A DNA stretch of 32,000 nt, from the NCBI RefSeq assembly GCF_001457595.1, contig NZ_LN831039.1, forward strand, positions 4,080,001 to 4,112,000. The letters are read 5' to 3'. The DNA comes from Mycolicibacterium smegmatis. Lineage in GTDB: Bacteria > Actinomycetota > Actinomycetes > Mycobacteriales > Mycobacteriaceae. Below the pieces are notes generated by a model. The model was not told where the DNA came from. It searched no databases and was given only the letters and a program-made list of their open reading frames with translations. Below, piece by piece: positions 9,738 to 18,539 of the stretch. Within the stretch, counting starts at the first letter, position 1. Every line of letters begins with the position of its first letter. The translations under genes and the position numbers were made by a program.

Positions 9738-11234
9738 CTAGATCGCCAGACAGCAGACGCGCTGTGCTTCTGTCACCGACTCGCGCAGCGGTCGACTGGT
9801 GTCGATCGAATGTCCGTGAACGATGCCTGCGCCCTGTTCTGCGAGGGCGTCGGCGATCTCCGGGGTCGCGTCCGACGTCGTGCCCGATCTCGACGCGATG
9901 CGTTCACCGGCCGCCACCACCGGAAGCGAGCAGGTGAACTCCACCACAGGGACCGCGGTTTCAGATGCGAGGAGGTGGGCGCGCTGACGCCGGCCGACGT
10001 CGCGCCACGTCCCGTCGAGGATCACCGACCGGCCGTGCGTGAGCGCATGACGTGCCCGCGCGAGCACTTCGTCGTAGACCGCCGCAACGTTTTTCGGAGC
10101 GTAGAGACCGGTGTCGAGTTCTCCTGCCGCACCACCGATCACGCCACTTTCCTGCAGATACCGACGGACGTCGTCGGTCGAGATCACCACGGCGCCCAGT
10201 TCTTCGGCGAGGGCCCGTGAAACAGTCGTCTTGCCGGTGCCAGGACCACCACCGACGATGACCAGCTGAACTGTGGCCGCGCGCAGACGATCAAGGGCGA
10301 TGTCGATGTGGCGGCACGCATCGGTGGCCGCCTCCGGTCGACCTTGGCCGACACGTATGCACTCGACTTTCGCACGGACCACCGCGCGGTAGGCCACGTA
10401 GAAATCCATCAGAGACTGCGGAGCGGTGTCATGCGCGTGGTGCCGGTAGCGGTCGACGAAGAATGCGCTGAGCTCGGGTGACCCGAGAAACTCCAGATCC
10501 ATCGCCAGAAAAGCGGCGTCATCGACGCCGTCGACATAGCGGAGAGTGTCGTCGAACTCCAGACAGTCGAGAATGGCCGGTCCCTCCGGTGTGCAGAAGA
10601 TGTCGTCTGCGAGCAGATCGGCATGTCCGTCGACGATGCGGCCGTCCGCGATGCGCTCGGCGAACAGCTCGGCGCGGCCGGACAGGTACTGCGAAGCCAG
10701 CCGGCGCACTTCACTCAGCTGCTCCGGCGGCACCAGCGACATGCGGGCCAGCTCGGTCAGATTTTCGTCCCAGCGGGCCCACACCGAGGTCGCGCGTGCC
10801 TGATCGTCGATGACCGCCCCGCGTCCGGCGTCGCGGTGAAAGCGCGCAAGGATCTCGGCGATCACGTCGAGTTGGTCGTTCACCTCAGCCCCTCGCGTGA
10901 CCAAGGTCGACAGCCTGTCGGCATCCCGGTAGCGGCGCATGACCACCACGGGTTCGTCAGGGCGATCCCCCGGCCCGACAAGGTGCGCCACACCGAGATA
11001 ACTGTTGGGGGCCAGGCGGCTGTTGAGTTCTACCTCTCGAAGACATGCCGCCTCGCGCTGCTGCGCTGTGGTGAAATCCAGGAAATCCGTCCGGACCGGC
11101 TTCTTGGCCTTGTACGCGAGGTCACCGATCAGCGCCACGAGCCCCGTGTGCGTCTCACGGATCTGCGCATCGAGATTTCCGAACGCAAACACTCTGTCGC
11201 GCTGCGCAACCGCCGTTTCCGGCTTGTCCTCCAT
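9738..11234 (-). CDS. Phosphotransferase-like protein fused to a P-loop kinase/ATPase (Rv2004c type)
   Basis: From MEDKPETAVAQRDRVFAFGNL (ATG 11234; ORF extends to 11345). APH-like VDGHADLLADDIF...ILDCLEFDD; Walker A VIVGGGPGTGKTTVSRALAEELG followed by STDDVRRYL. Confidence 0.85.
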   Translation of the reverse strand: MEDKPETAVAQRDRVFAFGNLDAQIRETHTGLVALIGDLAYKAKKPVRTDFLDFTTAQQREAACLREVELNSRLAPNSYLGVAHLVGPGDRPDEPVVVMRRYRDADRLSTLVTRGAEVNDQLDVIAEILARFHRDAGRGAVIDDQARATSVWARWDENLTELARMSLVPPEQLSEVRRLASQYLSGRAELFAERIADGRIVDGHADLLADDIFCTPEGPAILDCLEFDDTLRYVDGVDDAAFLAMDLEFLGSPELSAFFVDRYRHHAHDTAPQSLMDFYVAYRAVVRAKVECIRVGQGRPEAATDACRHIDIALDRLRAATVQLVIVGGGPGTGKTTVSRALAEELGAVVISTDDVRRYLQESGVIGGAAGELDTGLYAPKNVAAVYDEVLARARHALTHGRSVILDGTWRDVGRRQRAHLLASETAVPVVEFTCSLPVVAAGERIASRSGTTSDATPEIADALAEQGAGIVHGHSIDTSRPLRESVTEAQRVCCLAI

Positions 11235-11291
11235 GCTTGCATGGTGCCGCGTTCCGCGATCGTCCCGCCAGGGTCCTACGGCCCCCGGTTG

Positions 11292-11305
11292 AGGACCATA
11301 GTCCC
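11292..11305. promoter_or_regulatory. Candidate DosR box in divergent promoter (AGGACCATAGTCCC)
   Basis: Good DosR-core match between divergent genes starting at 11234 (-) and 11367 (+). Confidence 0.7.
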
Positions 11306-11366
11306 TGTTGATCTTGTTCTGGCACCGCCAGGCTGACAGGAGCACACGACACCGGGGACACGGAAC

Positions 11367-12356
11367 ATGAGAGATGCTCAGCCATCAGTCGACGTGATCG
11401 GTGACGCGCTGCGGTTGACGTGCCGAGCGCCCTCGCTGCACAACAGTCAACCGTGGCTGTGGGCCGCGGTCGACAAAACTCTTCACCTGTTCGTCGACAA
11501 ACAGCGCATCCTTTACTCCGCGGACCACATGGGCCGGGAGGCCGTGATCGGTTGTGGCGCGATGCTCGATCATTTCTGCGTCGCGATGGCCGCCGACGGC
11601 TGGGTGCCCAAGGTCGCCAGGCTGACTGATCGCGGCGATCCGCTGCACCTCGCGTCGATCGAATTCCCCGAGATCCGGCTGTTCCCGCGAGAGCACCGCC
11701 GACGACGTGCCGCCGCCATCAGCCGCCGCCGCACCGACCGACTACCGTTTGCCGAGCCTGCCGACTGGCCCACATTGGAAGTGCAGCTGCGCAAGTCGAT
11801 CGCCTTCGACACCGTAGGGTTCGACGTCGTGCCCGATCACGCACGACCCGAGCTGGCGTATGCCTCACGGCTCACCGAGTCCCTCCGCCAGTACGATTCG
11901 TCCTATCACGCCGAACTATATTGGTGGACAGGACAATTCGAGTCTATCGACGGAATACCCTACAGCGCTCTGGTCTCGGCCTCCGAATCGGAGCGGGTCG
12001 GCGTCGGCAGACGCTTCCCCAACCCCCGCACCGGTGACAGATGCGCCGGACCTGGCCACGATCAGGCAAAGGTCGTGGTGTTGTCCACGCTCGAGAACGA
12101 CCGCACGAGCATCTTGAACTGTGGCGAAGCGCTCTCGGCGGTCCTGCTGGACGCCACGGTCGCGGGAATGGCGACGTGCACGTTGACCCACATCACCGAG
12201 TTGGCCACGAGCAGAGACATCGTGGCTCGTCTGATCGGCCAGGAGGCCACTCCTCAGGTCTTGATCCGCGTCGGGGTGGCCACACGCGATGACGACGCCC
12301 CGGCCACCCCACGACGTCCGCTCGAAGAGTTTTTCACAGGGAGATCCCCATGGTGA
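11367..12356 (+). CDS. Acg-type nitroreductase family protein
   Basis: 329 aa. Signature [68 protein letters not shown]. Confidence 0.88.
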   Translation: MRDAQPSVDVIGDALRLTCRAPSLHNSQPWLWAAVDKTLHLFVDKQRILYSADHMGREAVIGCGAMLDHFCVAMAADGWVPKVARLTDRGDPLHLASIEFPEIRLFPREHRRRRAAAISRRRTDRLPFAEPADWPTLEVQLRKSIAFDTVGFDVVPDHARPELAYASRLTESLRQYDSSYHAELYWWTGQFESIDGIPYSALVSASESERVGVGRRFPNPRTGDRCAGPGHDQAKVVVLSTLENDRTSILNCGEALSAVLLDATVAGMATCTLTHITELATSRDIVARLIGQEATPQVLIRVGVATRDDDAPATPRRPLEEFFTGRSPW

Positions 12357-13003
12357 CAGTCTTTCTCGTCGATGATCACGAACTCGTCCGGCGTGGCCTG
12401 ATCGACCTCGTCCGGTCCGATCCCGATCTGGATGTGATCGGCGAGGCAGGCTCGGTGTCCGAGGCGATGGCGCGGATACCCGCGTTGCGACCCGAAGTCG
12501 CGGTTCTCGACGTCCGGCTGCCCGACGGCAACGGGATCGAGCTGTGTCGCGACCTGTTGTCGCGACTGCCCGATCTGCGTTGTCTGATGCTCACCTCCTT
12601 CACGTCCGACGAGGCCACGCTCGACGCAATCCTCGCCGGTGCCAGCGGTTTCGTCATCAAGGACATCAAGGGCATGGACCTCACCCATGCCATCAAAGAG
12701 GTGGCAGCCGGACACTCCCTGCTGGACAACCGCGCCGCAGCCGCCCTGATGAAGAGACTTCGCGAGACAGCCTCACACTCCGACCCTCTCACCGGTCTGA
12801 GCGATCAGGAGCGCATGCTGCTGGAACTGCTGGGCGAAGGACTGACCAACAAGCAGATCGCCGAACGCATGTTCCTGGCGGAACGCACCGTCAAGAACTA
12901 CGTGTCACGCCTGCTGGCGAAACTCGGGATGGAGCGCCGCACGCAGGCGGCCGTGTTCATCTCCAAGCTGGACCACGGCCGCCACCACGACGAGCAATAC
13001 TGA
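12350..13003 (+). CDS. dosR: DosR/DevR-like NarL-family response regulator
   Basis: 217 aa. Receiver [14 protein letters not shown]...[13 protein letters not shown]...[11 protein letters not shown]; C-terminal LuxR-type [45 protein letters not shown]. Start overlaps the upstream nitroreductase stop by 7 nt. Confidence 0.93.
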   Translation: MVTVFLVDDHELVRRGLIDLVRSDPDLDVIGEAGSVSEAMARIPALRPEVAVLDVRLPDGNGIELCRDLLSRLPDLRCLMLTSFTSDEATLDAILAGASGFVIKDIKGMDLTHAIKEVAAGHSLLDNRAAAALMKRLRETASHSDPLTGLSDQERMLLELLGEGLTNKQIAERMFLAERTVKNYVSRLLAKLGMERRTQAAVFISKLDHGRHHDEQY

Positions 13004-13004
13004 C

Positions 13005-13895
13005 TCAGCCGCGGACCACCACAACCGGCCGTTCTGCGGCCTCTGCCACGCTGGTACTCACCGACCCGAGCAGCAGTCCGGCGAATCCACCGCGACCGTG
13101 GCTTCCGACAACGGTCAGCTGCGCGATCTCCGAGCGTTTCAACAACCTACGGTCGGGACGGTCGAGGACGACCTCGCGTCGCACGTGGACATCGGGATAC
13201 CGTTCCTGCCATCCCGCGAGACGCTCGGACAGACTCTCCTCGGCCTGCACCCGCAGATCGTCCCAACGCACTCCTGGGTAGCCGGCCACGTTGGCGTCGC
13301 TCCACGCGTGCACCGCCAACAGTGGCGCGCCTCGTCGAGAGGCTGCGTCGAACGCGAACTCCAGCGCCTTCTCCGAGGCCGGTGAACCGTCGACACCCAC
13401 GACGACCGGTGCCGTGGTCGCAATGGCAGAGGCCTTCGACTCGCCGTGGATCACCGCGACCGGACAGCGCGCATGCCGGATGAGACCCGCAGTGACCGAA
13501 CCCAAGAGTCTCCGGCCGATGGGCCCCAACCCGCGGCACCCGACGACGAGGAGCCGCGAGGACTCGGACAGTTCTGTCAGCGCGGCAACGACACTGCCTG
13601 CCACCACGACGTCGTCGACGTGGATCTCGACTGCTCCGCCGACCACGTCCTCGGCGACCTTGCGGGCCTCTTTGAGCAGTTGCTCGGCGTTGCGTTTGAG
13701 CTGATCCGCCAACGTGGTGGGCGCGGGGATCTCGGACCACGTCGCGCTACCGGGCGGCCACTGCATGACATGCACGATCCGCAGGGGAACCTTGTGCAGC
13801 ACGGCCTCCTTCGCCGCCCACTCCACCGCCGCTGTCGACGGTTCTGAACCATCCACGCCAACCAGAACGCCACGTGTGCCGGCTGAAGACGTCAT
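13005..13895 (-). CDS. Universal stress protein, tandem UspA domains
   Basis: MTSSAGTRGVLVGVDGSEPSTAAVEWAAKEA...VVVGVDGSPASEKALEFAFDAA...VVGSHGRGGFAGLLLGSVSTSV. Start 13895 or 13907. Confidence 0.93.
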   Translation of the reverse strand: MTSSAGTRGVLVGVDGSEPSTAAVEWAAKEAVLHKVPLRIVHVMQWPPGSATWSEIPAPTTLADQLKRNAEQLLKEARKVAEDVVGGAVEIHVDDVVVAGSVVAALTELSESSRLLVVGCRGLGPIGRRLLGSVTAGLIRHARCPVAVIHGESKASAIATTAPVVVGVDGSPASEKALEFAFDAASRRGAPLLAVHAWSDANVAGYPGVRWDDLRVQAEESLSERLAGWQERYPDVHVRREVVLDRPDRRLLKRSEIAQLTVVGSHGRGGFAGLLLGSVSTSVAEAAERPVVVVRG

Positions 13896-14482
13896 TGCAT
13901 TCCCCATTCTCGTTTTCCTGCGATGATCTCGAATTCACGTTCCCATTCGGCGTAGCGAGCCCGGTCGAACCTCCGGTGCAGCAAGATCAGCCCGCCGCCG
14001 ACGCCGGCTGCGAAGAGAATCCATGCCCACAGCGCCGTGAGAACCGCGTCGCCGACGGCGCGACCCTCACCGTGCGGAGGATCGATGACCTTGCCTGAGG
14101 GGTTGACCCAGATGGTCTGTTCGTCACCGACATTCGGAAAATCCGCCCATACGAGACGCCCGCGGTGTTGCTGTCCGTCGACAGTCCAGGTCGCGTCCGC
14201 CCGGTACGGCTGGGCGTGGCCCTCTGTGTTGACCAGCGCACCTCGTTCGGCCGCGACGGCAATCACCTGGCGTGCGTCGCGGGCCTGTGCGGCGTAGACC
14301 TGTTCACGGTCGTGATACACCGAGATCCCGATCGACGCCGTCAGCGGTATCGCCAGAACACACAACACCACGGCCGCGAGCCGCAACGCCCCTTCGATGC
14401 GGTCACGACGGCGCACCAGTGGGTTTCGGCTCCACACCACGGACCCCAACCACTCACCGACACCCAAGGTGAAAGTTTCCAT
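13892..14482 (-). CDS. Two-TM membrane protein (Rv1733c-like)
   Basis: From METFTLGVGEWLGSVVWSRNPLVRRRDRIEGALRLAAVVLCVLAIPLTASIG to AVLTALWAWILFAAGVGGGLILLHRR; typical Rv1733c-family layout. Overlaps the USP start (13895) by ~4 nt. Confidence 0.82.
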   Translation of the reverse strand: METFTLGVGEWLGSVVWSRNPLVRRRDRIEGALRLAAVVLCVLAIPLTASIGISVYHDREQVYAAQARDARQVIAVAAERGALVNTEGHAQPYRADATWTVDGQQHRGRLVWADFPNVGDEQTIWVNPSGKVIDPPHGEGRAVGDAVLTALWAWILFAAGVGGGLILLHRRFDRARYAEWEREFEIIAGKREWGMQ

Positions 14483-14568
14483 GGTTCCTCGTTCATCGAG
14501 ACGCCCTGTTGTTACCGATTGCACCCGATCTTTCACCGGAGTCCTAGAGCACAAATACCTTCCGCGAT

Positions 14569-14582
14569 GGGACTTCTGCCCC
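14569..14582. promoter_or_regulatory. Weak candidate DosR box (GGGACTTCTGCCCC)
   Basis: Three mismatches to the 14-mer core, in the divergent region between 14482 (-) and 14618 (+). Confidence 0.45.
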
Positions 14583-14617
14583 TGTCTGCGCGGTGGAACG
14601 GGGCGCACATTCACAAG

Positions 14618-16030
14618 ATGGACCGATTGAGCGCACTCGACGTCGCGTTCCTCGAGGCCGAGGACGCCGACCGCAATGTCAGTCTCGTCATCGGTGTGCT
14701 CGCGATCCTCGAGGGTTCACCGCCCACCGACCACGTACTGCTGGGCAGCGTCTACAACCGACTGATGTCCATTCCCCGATTCACCCAGATCGTCGAGCGT
14801 CAACCGCTCGACCTCGCAGCACCGCAGTGGGTCGAGGCCCACGATTTCAGCGTCGCACATCACGTTCGGCGCACTGCCGTGCCGCAACCCGGTGACGACA
14901 CCGCTCTGTTCGGCGTGGTCGCCGACATCATGGAACGCCGGCTCGACAGGTCTCGTCCGCTGTGGGAATGCTGGATCATCGAGGGACTGCCGTCAGACCG
15001 GTGGGCGATCCTGATGAAGATCCACCACTGCATCGCCGACGGCATCGCGGCCGCGCAGTTGTTGTCATATCTGTCCGACGAGGGCACCGTCGATTCGTTC
15101 TCCTCCGACATCGATGGGGCCAAACCAACTGCACCGCAGAAAAATCGACGCTTCGAGTTGACACTCAATCCCGTGCGGTTGATCCGCTCCGCGGTCGACG
15201 CCACCGCGTCGGTGGGATCCGAGGTCATACGGGTGGCCGAGGGCGCGCTCCAAATCGCCAGCGGCCTCCTGGACTCCCACCCGTTGCCTCTGCGCGGACC
15301 TGTGACGGATCTGCGCCGATACGCATCGACACAGGTGTCCCTGGCCGACGTGGGCAGGATCTGCCACGCATACGACGTGACCATCAACGACGTCGCCCTG
15401 GCCGCGATCACCGACAGCTTCCGCGCAGCCATGATCCGTCGCGGCGAACGTCCCGGTGCGCGTTCTCTGCGCACCCTGGTGCCCGTGTCGGTGCGTTCGA
15501 ACGACGCGGCCGCCCAGGTCGACAACCGGGTATCGCTCATGCTGCCGTGCCTGCCTGTGGACATCCACGACCCGGTCGAACAGCTCCTCACCGTTCATCG
15601 GCGCATGGAGAACGCCAAACGCACCGGCCAACGCCAAGCCGGCAGCGTCTTCGTCTCGGCGGTGAACTCCCTACCGTTCGGGATCACGACGCTGCTCGTG
15701 CGCGCGGCGGTCAGGATGCCCCAGCAGAGCGTGGTCACCTTGGCAACCAATGTTCCCGGTCCACGCCAACACCTGAAACTGTTGGGACATCGAGTGGTTC
15801 GGGTGGTACCTATCCCACCGATCGCACTCGGCCTCCGCACCGGTGTCGCCATCCTGAGCTACGCCGACGATCTCGTCTTCGGGATCACCGCCGACTTCGA
15901 CGCCATCCCCGACGTCGAGGTTCTCGCCGACGATATTCAGCGTGCCGTGGCGCGCCTGGCCAGGACCGCTGAGCTTCCCACCCGGCGCGCCCCTGACGGC
16001 ACCCTCACCGTCGTCACCACCCCGAGGTGA
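14618..16030 (+). CDS. WS/DGAT-type diacylglycerol acyltransferase (canonical HHxxxDG)
   Basis: 470 aa from MDRLSALDVAFLEAEDADRNVSLVIG; motif MKIHHCIADGIAAAQLL; PLWECWIIEG; VTLATNVPGPRQHLKLLGHRVVRVVPIPPIALG. Confidence 0.93.
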   Translation: MDRLSALDVAFLEAEDADRNVSLVIGVLAILEGSPPTDHVLLGSVYNRLMSIPRFTQIVERQPLDLAAPQWVEAHDFSVAHHVRRTAVPQPGDDTALFGVVADIMERRLDRSRPLWECWIIEGLPSDRWAILMKIHHCIADGIAAAQLLSYLSDEGTVDSFSSDIDGAKPTAPQKNRRFELTLNPVRLIRSAVDATASVGSEVIRVAEGALQIASGLLDSHPLPLRGPVTDLRRYASTQVSLADVGRICHAYDVTINDVALAAITDSFRAAMIRRGERPGARSLRTLVPVSVRSNDAAAQVDNRVSLMLPCLPVDIHDPVEQLLTVHRRMENAKRTGQRQAGSVFVSAVNSLPFGITTLLVRAAVRMPQQSVVTLATNVPGPRQHLKLLGHRVVRVVPIPPIALGLRTGVAILSYADDLVFGITADFDAIPDVEVLADDIQRAVARLARTAELPTRRAPDGTLTVVTTPR

Positions 16031-17018
16031 GATCCTCGGGCTCGGCCGCCAACGCGAACAACCGCTCGACCTCGGCGCGTCGGCACACCGCGGTGCCCGG
16101 GGTCAGCAGCATCGCCGCGCCGGCCGCGATGCCGTAACGCACCGACTTGGGCAGCGGCCACCCACGGCTCAGGCCGACCGTGATGGCCGCGACCATCGCA
16201 TCCCCTGCTCCGACCCCGCTGCCAGATGCCACCGGCACGGCCTTGAACCGCTGGCTCTGACGCGCGGTCACCATGAGGGCTCCGTCGCCCCCCAACGACA
16301 CGATGACCACGTCTGTCACACCACGATCGATGAGGTCCCTCGCCGCGGCGACCTGCTCACGCTCGGTGGTCAGTTCCTTGCCTGTGCATTCGCGCAACTC
16401 CCGCAAACTGGGCTTCAGTACGAACACCCCCGATTCGATGTGTGACAGTCCCCCACCCGAGGTGTCGAGGATGAGCGGTACCCCGGATTCACGACACATG
16501 TCGGCAATCTGCTGATAGAACCGGGGATCCACACCTGGTGGCAGGCTGCCACTGGCCACCACGAACTCCGCCGACATGGCGTGGCGGCGCAGGTTTTCCA
16601 CGCACTGCGCCTGTTCGGTCATGGTCAGGTGCGGGCCCGGCAGCACGAAACGGTACTGCTTGCCCGTACAACCCTCGTTCACGGTGAAGCTCTCACGCGT
16701 CACCCCCGAGATCTCGACAGGTTCGTACGCCACACCTTCCCGCCGCACCAGGTCGGCCACCATCGCACCGGTAGGGCCGCCAGATGTGAACACGGCAACT
16801 ACCGGTCCGTCCAGGACGTGCGCGACGCGAGCCACGTTTATGCCGCCGCCGCCTGGATCGTACCGGGTTGCGCCACAACGGATCTTGTCCGTGTGCCGAA
16901 CCTGGTCGGCACAGGTCGTGATGTCCAGCGCCGGATTCATCGTCAACGTCACGATGTTCGGTCTGCCGGTATCCATCCGGCGCTTGCCGACCGCGAACGC
17001 TGCGCTTCTCATGGGCAA
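16014..17018 (-). CDS. pfkB: PfkB-family sugar kinase (6-phosphofructokinase type)
   Basis: 334 aa. TLTMNPALDITT..., PGGGGINVARVAHVL, ASGSLPPGVDPRFY, VVIVSLGGDGALMVT, GSGVGAGDAMVAAITVGLSRG. Confidence 0.93.
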   Translation of the reverse strand: MPMRSAAFAVGKRRMDTGRPNIVTLTMNPALDITTCADQVRHTDKIRCGATRYDPGGGGINVARVAHVLDGPVVAVFTSGGPTGAMVADLVRREGVAYEPVEISGVTRESFTVNEGCTGKQYRFVLPGPHLTMTEQAQCVENLRRHAMSAEFVVASGSLPPGVDPRFYQQIADMCRESGVPLILDTSGGGLSHIESGVFVLKPSLRELRECTGKELTTEREQVAAARDLIDRGVTDVVIVSLGGDGALMVTARQSQRFKAVPVASGSGVGAGDAMVAAITVGLSRGWPLPKSVRYGIAAGAAMLLTPGTAVCRRAEVERLFALAAEPEDLTSGW

Positions 17019-17047
17019 AGTCCATCACCTGACCGGTGCCGTACCTA

Positions 17048-17061
17048 GGGACCGAAGTCGC
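17048..17061. promoter_or_regulatory. Candidate DosR box upstream of pfkB (GGGACCGAAGTCGC)
   Basis: DosR-like core 30 bp upstream of the minus-strand pfkB start (17018). Confidence 0.6.
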
Positions 17062-17141
17062 ACGGTTGGGTGTCGTTGGTCCGCGCCGGCAGGGTCAGCG
17101 CTTCGCTGCTGTGTGCGCGAGACCGTCCGGGCACGAGGATT

Positions 17142-17155
17142 GAGACTTTCGTCCC
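17142..17155. promoter_or_regulatory. Candidate DosR box upstream of small ORF (GAGACTTTCGTCCC)
   Basis: Three mismatches to GGGACTTTAGTCCC, or one to the box at 6897. Lies 28 bp upstream of ATG 17183. Confidence 0.7.
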
Positions 17156-17182
17156 TACACCCCGAGCCGGCCGCCGAACACG

Positions 17183-17479
17183 ATGTACCCGACGGATATG
17201 AGCCGCCGCAGAGCCGAAAGGACCGTATTGATCGTGATTTCACACTCCGAGCCGGCGCAACTGGACCTCGAAGACCTGGCATGGCAGTTCCTGGCCTCGG
17301 AATTCACCGGACCGATGTATGCCTGCTGGCCGATCGAGGATCGACTCGACGCTTTCCTGCTGCACAACTTGCCCCACAGCGTCGCGCGCAGAGGTCTTCG
17401 CGACGCGCTCATGCAGCGGGTGATGGCGAATATCAGCGCCGCCCATCATCTGGGCTTTCTTGAGTTCAGCACGCGGTAG
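17183..17479 (+). CDS. Small conserved-looking hypothetical protein, possibly DosR-regulated (98 aa)
   Basis: ORF follows a DosR-box-like site closely and fills the gap between pfkB and the next USP. MYPTDMSRRRAERTVLIVISHSEPAQLDLEDLAWQFLASEFTG... Start could be 17198. Confidence 0.6.
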   Translation: MYPTDMSRRRAERTVLIVISHSEPAQLDLEDLAWQFLASEFTGPMYACWPIEDRLDAFLLHNLPHSVARRGLRDALMQRVMANISAAHHLGFLEFSTR

Positions 17480-17535
17480 GACCGTGCATCGAGGATCAGC
17501 TCGAGCTCCGATCAACCCCTGGACCGGCGAGAAAA

Positions 17536-17552
17536 GGACCAAAGGCCCTTCT
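17536..17552. promoter_or_regulatory. Possible DosR-like site AAGGACCAAAGGCCCTT
   Basis: Imperfect palindrome resembling GGGACCWWAGGCCC, 61 bp upstream of USP ATG 17613. Confidence 0.45.
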
Positions 17553-17612
17553 GTCCCGATCGCGGACGGACGTAACGTCCAAGACGACCCGGCGACCGAG
17601 AAGGAAACGAAC

Positions 17613-18497
17613 ATGGTCCAGAGCGCAACCGAGTACGGAATCCTCGTCGGTGTGGACAGCTCGGCGGAGTCGGACGCCGCGGTGCGGTGGGCCGCCCGTG
17701 AAGCGTCGCTGCACGATGCACCGATCACGCTGATGCACGTCATCGCACCTGTCGTCGTCAGCTGGCCGGCTGGCCCGTACATGGCCACGGTGCTCGAGTG
17801 TCAGGAGGAAAACGCCCGCCACGCGATCGAGCAGGCCCAGAAGGTGGTGGCCGACTGCCTGGGCGAGACGCACGGCCTGACGGTCCAGACCGAGATCCGC
17901 AAGGAGAGCGTGGCCAGAACCCTCATCGACGCGTCGAAATCCGCGCAGATGGTTGTCGTCGGTAACCGCGGGATGGGCGCGCTCGGGCGCGTGTTGCTCG
18001 GCTCGACCAGCACCTCGCTTCTCCATTACGCCAGCGGACCCGTGGTCGTCGTGCACGGCGACGACCAGGCCGCGCACGACAGCCGCCTGCCCGTGCTGCT
18101 CGGCATCGACGGCTCACCGGCATCCGAGGTGGCCACGTCCCACGCGTTCGACGAGGCATCGCGCCGCGGCGTCGACCTGGTGGCACTGCACGTCTGGATC
18201 GACGTCGGTGACATTCCTCCGATCGGACCCACGTGGGAGGAGCAGGAGGAGACCGGCCGTGCACTCCTGGCCGAACGCCTTGCCGGTTGGCAGGAACGCT
18301 ATCCCGACGTCAAGGTCCACCGCCGCGTCGAGCGCGCCCAGCCAGCCTACTGGTTGCTCGAGGAGGCCAAACAGGCTCAGCTCGTCGTCGTCGGCAGCCA
18401 CGGCCGCGGTGGCTTCACCGGGATGCTGCTGGGGTCGGTGAGCAGCCGCGTGGCGCAGTCCGCGACGACACCGGTCATGGTCGTGCGGCCGCGGTAG
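17613..18497 (+). CDS. Universal stress protein, tandem UspA domains
   Basis: 294 aa from MVQSATEYGILVGVDSSAESDAAVRWAAREA. SD-like gaaggaaa precedes. Second domain PVLLGIDGSPASEVATSHAFDEA...VVGSHGRGGFTGMLLGSVSS. Confidence 0.95.
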   Translation: MVQSATEYGILVGVDSSAESDAAVRWAAREASLHDAPITLMHVIAPVVVSWPAGPYMATVLECQEENARHAIEQAQKVVADCLGETHGLTVQTEIRKESVARTLIDASKSAQMVVVGNRGMGALGRVLLGSTSTSLLHYASGPVVVVHGDDQAAHDSRLPVLLGIDGSPASEVATSHAFDEASRRGVDLVALHVWIDVGDIPPIGPTWEEQEETGRALLAERLAGWQERYPDVKVHRRVERAQPAYWLLEEAKQAQLVVVGSHGRGGFTGMLLGSVSSRVAQSATTPVMVVRPR

Positions 18498-18539
18498 ATA
18501 GGCCGGTAGAGATCAACCACTACGGGAACGAGGTTCGGC

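Noticed and set aside
10623-11336. Plus-strand ORF (237 aa) inside the Rv2004c-like gene
   Set aside because: Shadow ORF; its contents mirror the high-GC codon bias of the opposite gene.
13004-13004. Terminator between dosR-like gene and convergent USP
   Set aside because: The two stop codons are about 1 bp apart and no stem-loop with a T-run could be supported.
14165-14617. N-terminal extension of the second WS/DGAT ORF in the track
   Set aside because: The extension overlaps the divergent Rv1733c-like gene and its promoter; family similarity starts at MDRLSALDVAFLE (14618).
14860-15591. Minus-strand ORF (243 aa) inside the second WS/DGAT
   Set aside because: Complementary reading of a canonical HHxxxDG acyltransferase gene.
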